A stretch of DNA of 64,000 bases from Acidobacteriota bacterium (GTDB taxonomy: Bacteria; Acidobacteriota; Vicinamibacteria; Vicinamibacterales; UBA2999): positions 66,533 through 130,532 of the forward strand of contig JAKFYH010000016.1 of the NCBI GenBank assembly GCA_021730945.1, given 5' to 3'. Made by a program: the position numbers and the translations under genes. The first letter of the stretch is position 1. Every line of letters begins with the position of its first letter. Below the pieces are notes generated by a model. That model did no database searches and had not been told where the DNA came from. It was given only the letters and a program-made list of their open reading frames with translations. Positions 59,550 through 64,000 of the stretch are shown piece by piece.

Positions 59550-60524
59550 TCATTGGCGTGCTCCCGCTATCTCGTACGAGCGCAGTCGAGCCGCATGGTC
59601 ATGAATATGTGAGACCACGATCAGTTCGTCAGCCGCGGTCTTCTCAACAAAAGCCGCGACTTGCGGTCGAATAGTGTCGCCCGACCCCACAAAAGAGACC
59701 CGCGCCGGCGTCGTGACCCCAGCCACCTCAGCCGTGTCGCGCTCCCACTCCTTTGAGGGCGGCGGCAACTGGATCGGCCGTCCCGCCCGCAGGCTCGCAA
59801 ACGCCTGCCGGCCAGACGAGGCCAGGAAGCGCGCCTCGTCGTCGCTATCGGCCGCCACGACGTTGACGCCGAGCATGAGATACGGCCGCGCGAGCTGTTC
59901 GGAAGGTGTGAACCGGGCACGGTAGATCGCGGCGGCCTCGTCCAGCATCGCCGGCGCGAAATGCGACGCGAAGGCGAAGGGCAAGCCCAGGGCGGCGGCG
60001 ACCTGCGCCCCGAACGTGCTCGACCCGAGAATCCAGATCGGCACCGTCAACCCGCCCCCCGGCACCGCGCGCACCGCCTGGCGGGGTTTCGGCGCGCGGA
60101 AGAAGGCCATCACCTCCATCACGTCCTGCGGAAACGCGTCTGGATTGGTGTTCAGCGTGCGCCGCAGTGCGACGGCGGCGGCGTGATCGGTGCCGGGCGC
60201 GCGGCCCAGGCCCAGGTCGACCCGGCCGGGGAACAGCGACGCCAGCGTGCCGAACTGTTCGGCCACCTGGAGCGGAGCGTGGTTGGGCAGCATGATGCCG
60301 CCCGCGCCGATGCGAATGGTCGTGGTGCCGGCCCCGACATGCCCAATCAATACCGCGGTCGCCGCGCTGGCGATGCCGGGCATGTTGTGATGCTCGGCCA
60401 GCCAGAACCGCTGGTAGCCCCAGCGTTCGGCGTGCTGGGCGAGGTCGAGCGTGTTGCGAAACGCCTGCGCCGCCGTGCCGCCCTCAATGATGGGCGAGAG
60501 GTCGAGCACCGAGAGCGGGACCAC
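59550..60524 (-). CDS. LLM-class flavin-dependent oxidoreductase (luciferase-like)
   Basis: [31 protein letters not shown]. Confidence 0.92.
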   Translation of the reverse strand: MVPLSVLDLSPIIEGGTAAQAFRNTLDLAQHAERWGYQRFWLAEHHNMPGIASAATAVLIGHVGAGTTTIRIGAGGIMLPNHAPLQVAEQFGTLASLFPGRVDLGLGRAPGTDHAAAVALRRTLNTNPDAFPQDVMEVMAFFRAPKPRQAVRAVPGGGLTVPIWILGSSTFGAQVAAALGLPFAFASHFAPAMLDEAAAIYRARFTPSEQLARPYLMLGVNVVAADSDDEARFLASSGRQAFASLRAGRPIQLPPPSKEWERDTAEVAGVTTPARVSFVGSGDTIRPQVAAFVEKTAADELIVVSHIHDHAARLRSYEIAGARQ

Positions 60525-60529
60525 GGCGG

Positions 60530-61720
60530 TCAGTTGGCGAACGCCGGAATGCCGGTCTGGGCGCGGCCCAGAATCAACGCGTGAATGTCGTGCGTGCCTT
60601 CGTAGGTGTTCACGACTTCCAGGTTCACCAGGTGGCGAATCACCGCGAACTCGTCGGTGATGCCGTTGCCGCCCATCATGTCGCGTGCCAGCCGCGCAAT
60701 GTCCAGCGCCTTGCCGCAGGAGTTGCGCTTCATCAGCGACGTCAGCTCCACCGCCGCCGTGCCCTCCTCCTTCATCCGGCCCAGGCGCAGGCACCCCTGC
60801 AGGCCGAGCGCGATCTCGGTCTGCATGTCGGCGAGCTTCTTCTGGATTAACTGGTTGGCGGCCAGCGGCCGGCCGAACTGCTTGCGCTCCAGCACATACT
60901 CGCGCGACCGCAGCCAGCAGTCCTCGGCCGCGCCCATGGCGCCCCAGGCAATGCCGTAGCGCGCACTGTTCAGGCAGGTGAACGGTCCCTTCAAGCCCTT
61001 GATCTCGGGAAACGCGTTCTCCTCCGGGCAGAACACGTTGTCCATCACCACTTCACCGGTGATGCTGGTTCGCAGCCCGACCTTGCCATGAATGGGTGGC
61101 GCCGTCAGCCCCTTCGCGCCCTTCTCCAGCACAAACCCGCGAATCTCCCCGGCGTCGTCCTTGGCCCAGATGATGAAGACGTCGGCGATCGGGCTGTTGC
61201 TGATCCAGGACTTGGTGCCGGTGAGCGCGTAGCCGCCGTCCACCTTCACGGCGCGAGTGGTCATGCTGCCCGGGTCGGAGCCGGCGTTGGGTTCGGTGAG
61301 GCCAAAACAGCCAATCCACTCGCCGGTGGCCAGCTTCGGCAGGAACTTCTGCTTCTGCGCCTCGGTGCCGAATTCATTGATCGGCACCATGACCAGCGAG
61401 CCCTGCACGCTCATCATCGAGCGGAATCCGGAATCAACCCGCTCCACCTCGCGCGCCACCAGGCCGTAGGCCACATAGCCGAGGCCGGCGCCGCCGTACT
61501 CCTCGGGAATGACGATGCCGAGCATGTCGAGGGCGCCGAGCTCACGGAAGATCGCCGGGTCGGGTTTCTCGTGGCGGAACATCTCGAGGACCCGGGGCGC
61601 CAGCTTGTCGGTGCAATAGGCGCGGGCGCTGTCGCGCACCATGCGCTCTTCCGCGGTGAGCTGCTGGTCGAGCAGGAACGGGTCGCTCCAGTTGAAGCGG
61701 GTCTTGGTCGGGGTGGCCAT
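60530..61720 (-). CDS. gcdH: Glutaryl-CoA dehydrogenase
   Basis: [40 protein letters not shown]. Confidence 0.92.
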   Translation of the reverse strand: MATPTKTRFNWSDPFLLDQQLTAEERMVRDSARAYCTDKLAPRVLEMFRHEKPDPAIFRELGALDMLGIVIPEEYGGAGLGYVAYGLVAREVERVDSGFRSMMSVQGSLVMVPINEFGTEAQKQKFLPKLATGEWIGCFGLTEPNAGSDPGSMTTRAVKVDGGYALTGTKSWISNSPIADVFIIWAKDDAGEIRGFVLEKGAKGLTAPPIHGKVGLRTSITGEVVMDNVFCPEENAFPEIKGLKGPFTCLNSARYGIAWGAMGAAEDCWLRSREYVLERKQFGRPLAANQLIQKKLADMQTEIALGLQGCLRLGRMKEEGTAAVELTSLMKRNSCGKALDIARLARDMMGGNGITDEFAVIRHLVNLEVVNTYEGTHDIHALILGRAQTGIPAFAN

Positions 61721-61838
61721 CCTGATAATCGTCTCACAGGACCGGCGGCGGCGGCGGCAGCGAACGAACGTGGCCGAGATGGAATCCACAAGTTTGTCAT
61801 ATTGGACATGGGACGGCCTCTACCTATTCAATATCGTC

Positions 61839-63128
61839 ATGAACAACGCCGACATCGCATGGATGCTGGTGGCCACCTCGCTCGTGCTGTTGATGACGCC
61901 GGCGCTCGCCTTCTTCTACGGCGGGCTGGTGCGCTCGAAGAACGCCCTCAACACCATGATGATGAGTTTCGTCGCGCTCGGTCCGGTGGCTGTGGTGTGG
62001 GCGCTCATCGGTTACTCCCTGGCCTTCGCGCCTGGCGGTCCGGCGATCGGATCGCTCGCGTTTGCCGGGCTGCGCGACGTCGGCCTTGAGGCGCAGGGCA
62101 CCATTCCGCATGTGCTGTTCATGTGCTTCCAGGGGACGTTCGCCATCATCACGCCGGCGCTGATTTCCGGCGCGGTGGTGGAGCGCATGCGGTTCAACGC
62201 CTACCTGGCCTTCATTGCCTTGTGGGTGCTGGTGGTTTACGCCCCGGTGGCGCACTGGGTGTGGGGCGGCGGGTTCCTGGCCACGATGGGCGCGCTTGAT
62301 TTCGCCGGCGGCGCGGTGGTGCATGTCAACGCCGCGTCGGCGGCGCTGGTCGCCGCCATGGTGGTGGGCCCGCGCAAGGATTACGGCCGCCACGCGATCC
62401 TGCCGCACAACGTGCCCTTCGTGATGCTGGGCGCCGGGCTGCTGTGGTTTGGCTGGTTCGGCTTCAATGCCGGGAGCGCGCTGTCGGCCGGCACTTCGGC
62501 CGCGCTGGCGTTTACCAACACGTTGCTGGCGCCGGCCGCTGCCCTGGCGACGTGGACACTGATCGATCTGCTGCGCGGTGGCCCGGTGACGGCGGTCGGC
62601 GCCGCGACCGCAATTGTCGTCGGCCTGGTGGTGGTGACCCCGGCGGCCGGTTACATCAGCCCGATCTCGGCGATTGCGATGGGCGCGATCGGCGCGTTTC
62701 CCAGCTATTTCGCCCTGATCTACCGCGCCAAGACCAAGCTGGATGATTCACTGGACGTCGTGGCCGCGCATGGCCTGGGCGGCGCCACCGGCGCCATCCT
62801 GACCGGCGTGTTCGCCGAGGCCGCCTGGAGCGGCGGCGCCAACGGATTGATCGGCGGCCACCCCGGCCAGGTGCTGACGCAACTGGTCAGCGTCGTGATC
62901 GTGCTGGCCTATAGCGGCGGCATGACCTTCGTCCTGCTGCAGGGGCTGGCGCTCGTGATGCCGCTGCGCATCGGCGACCGCCACGAGGGCCTGGGCCTTG
63001 ATGTGACCGACCACGGCGAGGAAGCCTATACGCACGGTGACGGCGCCATCCTGGTCAAGCCAAAGGTCGAGGCGATGGCCCTGACGGCGGTTGACGCCGT
63101 CGCAGTTCAAAGCGGCGGGCGGTCATGA
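61839..63128 (+). CDS. amtB: Ammonium transporter
   Basis: FFYGG, DFAGGAVVH, LWFGWFGFN, DDSLDV.AHG. Confidence 0.96.
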   Translation: MNNADIAWMLVATSLVLLMTPALAFFYGGLVRSKNALNTMMMSFVALGPVAVVWALIGYSLAFAPGGPAIGSLAFAGLRDVGLEAQGTIPHVLFMCFQGTFAIITPALISGAVVERMRFNAYLAFIALWVLVVYAPVAHWVWGGGFLATMGALDFAGGAVVHVNAASAALVAAMVVGPRKDYGRHAILPHNVPFVMLGAGLLWFGWFGFNAGSALSAGTSAALAFTNTLLAPAAALATWTLIDLLRGGPVTAVGAATAIVVGLVVVTPAAGYISPISAIAMGAIGAFPSYFALIYRAKTKLDDSLDVVAAHGLGGATGAILTGVFAEAAWSGGANGLIGGHPGQVLTQLVSVVIVLAYSGGMTFVLLQGLALVMPLRIGDRHEGLGLDVTDHGEEAYTHGDGAILVKPKVEAMALTAVDAVAVQSGGRS

Positions 63129-63490
63129 AACTGATCGTGGCCATCGTCAGGCCCGAGAAGTTGAGCGACGTGCTGGAGGCGTTGTTTCATGCCGATATTC
63201 GCGGCCTGACCATCAGCCGGGTGCAGGGACATGGCGGCGAGATCGAGCACGTCGAGAACTACCGCGGCACCAGCGTGAAGATGGCGCTGGCCGAGAAGGT
63301 GCGGATCGAGATTGGAGTCTCGAATCACTTCGTGCAGCCGACCATCGACACCATTCTCGAGGCCGCGCGCACCGGCGAGGTCGGCGACGGCAAAATCATG
63401 GTGCTGCCGATCGAGAAGATCTACCGGATTCGCACCGGCGAATCCGACCAGGACGCAGTCACGCCGGTCGCCAGCGATCAATCTGAATAA
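63125..63490 (+). CDS. glnK: P-II nitrogen regulatory protein
   Basis: T-loop YRG, ARTGEVGDGKI, RIRTGE; ATGA overlap with amtB. Confidence 0.93.
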   Translation: MKLIVAIVRPEKLSDVLEALFHADIRGLTISRVQGHGGEIEHVENYRGTSVKMALAEKVRIEIGVSNHFVQPTIDTILEAARTGEVGDGKIMVLPIEKIYRIRTGESDQDAVTPVASDQSE

Positions 63491-63550
63491 GAGATACTAG
63501 TTATAAATAGATTGCGCTTTCGTTATGAATGACGATTACCTCTAATAGGT
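63481..63550 (+). promoter_or_regulatory. AT-rich gltB promoter region with LysR-type box
   Basis: ATCT-GAATAAG-AGAT (63481-95; T-N11-A) at the start of an AT-rich patch. Confidence 0.4.
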
Positions 63551-63557
63551 CATCGCC

Positions 63558-64000
63558 ATGGACGACCGCAGTGACCAGCGGGGCTTGTATCGCCCGACCG
63601 ATGAGCACGACGCCTGCGGCGTTGGATTCGTCGCGCACATCAAGGGGGTAGCGTCGCACTCGATCGTCCGCCAGGCGCTCGACCTCCTCATCAATCTCGA
63701 ACATCGCGGCGCCTGCGGCTCCGACCCCGACACCGGGGACGGCGCCGGCATCCTGGTGCAGATGCCGGACAGGTTTCTGCGCAAGACCGTGCAGTTCCTG
63801 CTGCCATCGGCCGGTGCCTATGGCGCCGGCCTGGTCTTCATGCCCGGCGACCATAAGGCGCAAGCGCAACTGCGCGCGCTCGTGCACCGCATCGCGGTCG
63901 AGGAGGGCCTTGCCGTGCTCGGCTGGCGCCCGGTGCCGACCGACCTCTCGAAGATCGGCAAGAGTGCGGCGGCGGTGGCACCGGCATTCGAGCAACTGTT
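63558..64000 (+). CDS. gltB: Glutamate synthase large subunit (5' part, truncated by the window)
   Basis: Manual translation: MDDRSDQRGLYRPTDEHDA-CGVGF...LEHRGA...GDGAGIL...LGWRPVP; missing from the ORF track because it has no stop. Confidence 0.95.
   Translation, partial: MDDRSDQRGLYRPTDEHDACGVGFVAHIKGVASHSIVRQALDLLINLEHRGACGSDPDTGDGAGILVQMPDRFLRKTVQFLLPSAGAYGAGLVFMPGDHKAQAQLRALVHRIAVEEGLAVLGWRPVPTDLSKIGKSAAAVAPAFEQL

Noticed and set aside
63501-63995. 164-aa minus-strand ORF
   Set aside because: Antisense shadow of gltB
1-64000. CRISPR arrays, tRNA/rRNA, prophage, IS/integrase and defence genes
   Set aside because: No regularly spaced repeat-spacer array, no tRNA T/D-loop signatures and no recognisable mobile or defence proteins seen by eye

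Overview
GC-rich bacterial chromosome segment, gene-dense, with about 58 CDS. I saw no rRNA, tRNA, CRISPR array, integrase or transposase. The gene content (ADOP-type duplicated permeases, a TonB-dependent receptor with an N-terminal extension, secreted cupins) suggests Acidobacteriota, possibly Vicinamibacteria; this is an inference. The main finding is a locus of about 12 kb (20.2-32.0 kb) built around a CarH/LitR-type MerR-B12 photoreceptor. A palindromic operator made of 11-bp repeats covers both divergent TTGACA -35 boxes. One arm encodes a ufaD/ufaO/ufaM-like furan-fatty-acid operon extended by a soluble di-iron acyl-ACP desaturase. The other arm encodes a TonB receptor, an SDR, DUF2878 and an SRPBCC protein. 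Other notable items are a His1 LPMO-like secreted protein, a subclass B3 metallo-beta-lactamase, a candidate sRNA divergent from a two-component system, a 54-aa C2HC zinc-finger microprotein, ATPase-less MacAB/ADOP transporters, two intergenic repeat families and several apparently leaderless genes. Metabolic and signalling genes include malate synthase, kynB-kynU, gcdH, amtB-glnK-gltB (partial) and a PAS/REC signalling triad. All calls come from motif recognition by eye; no database search was run.
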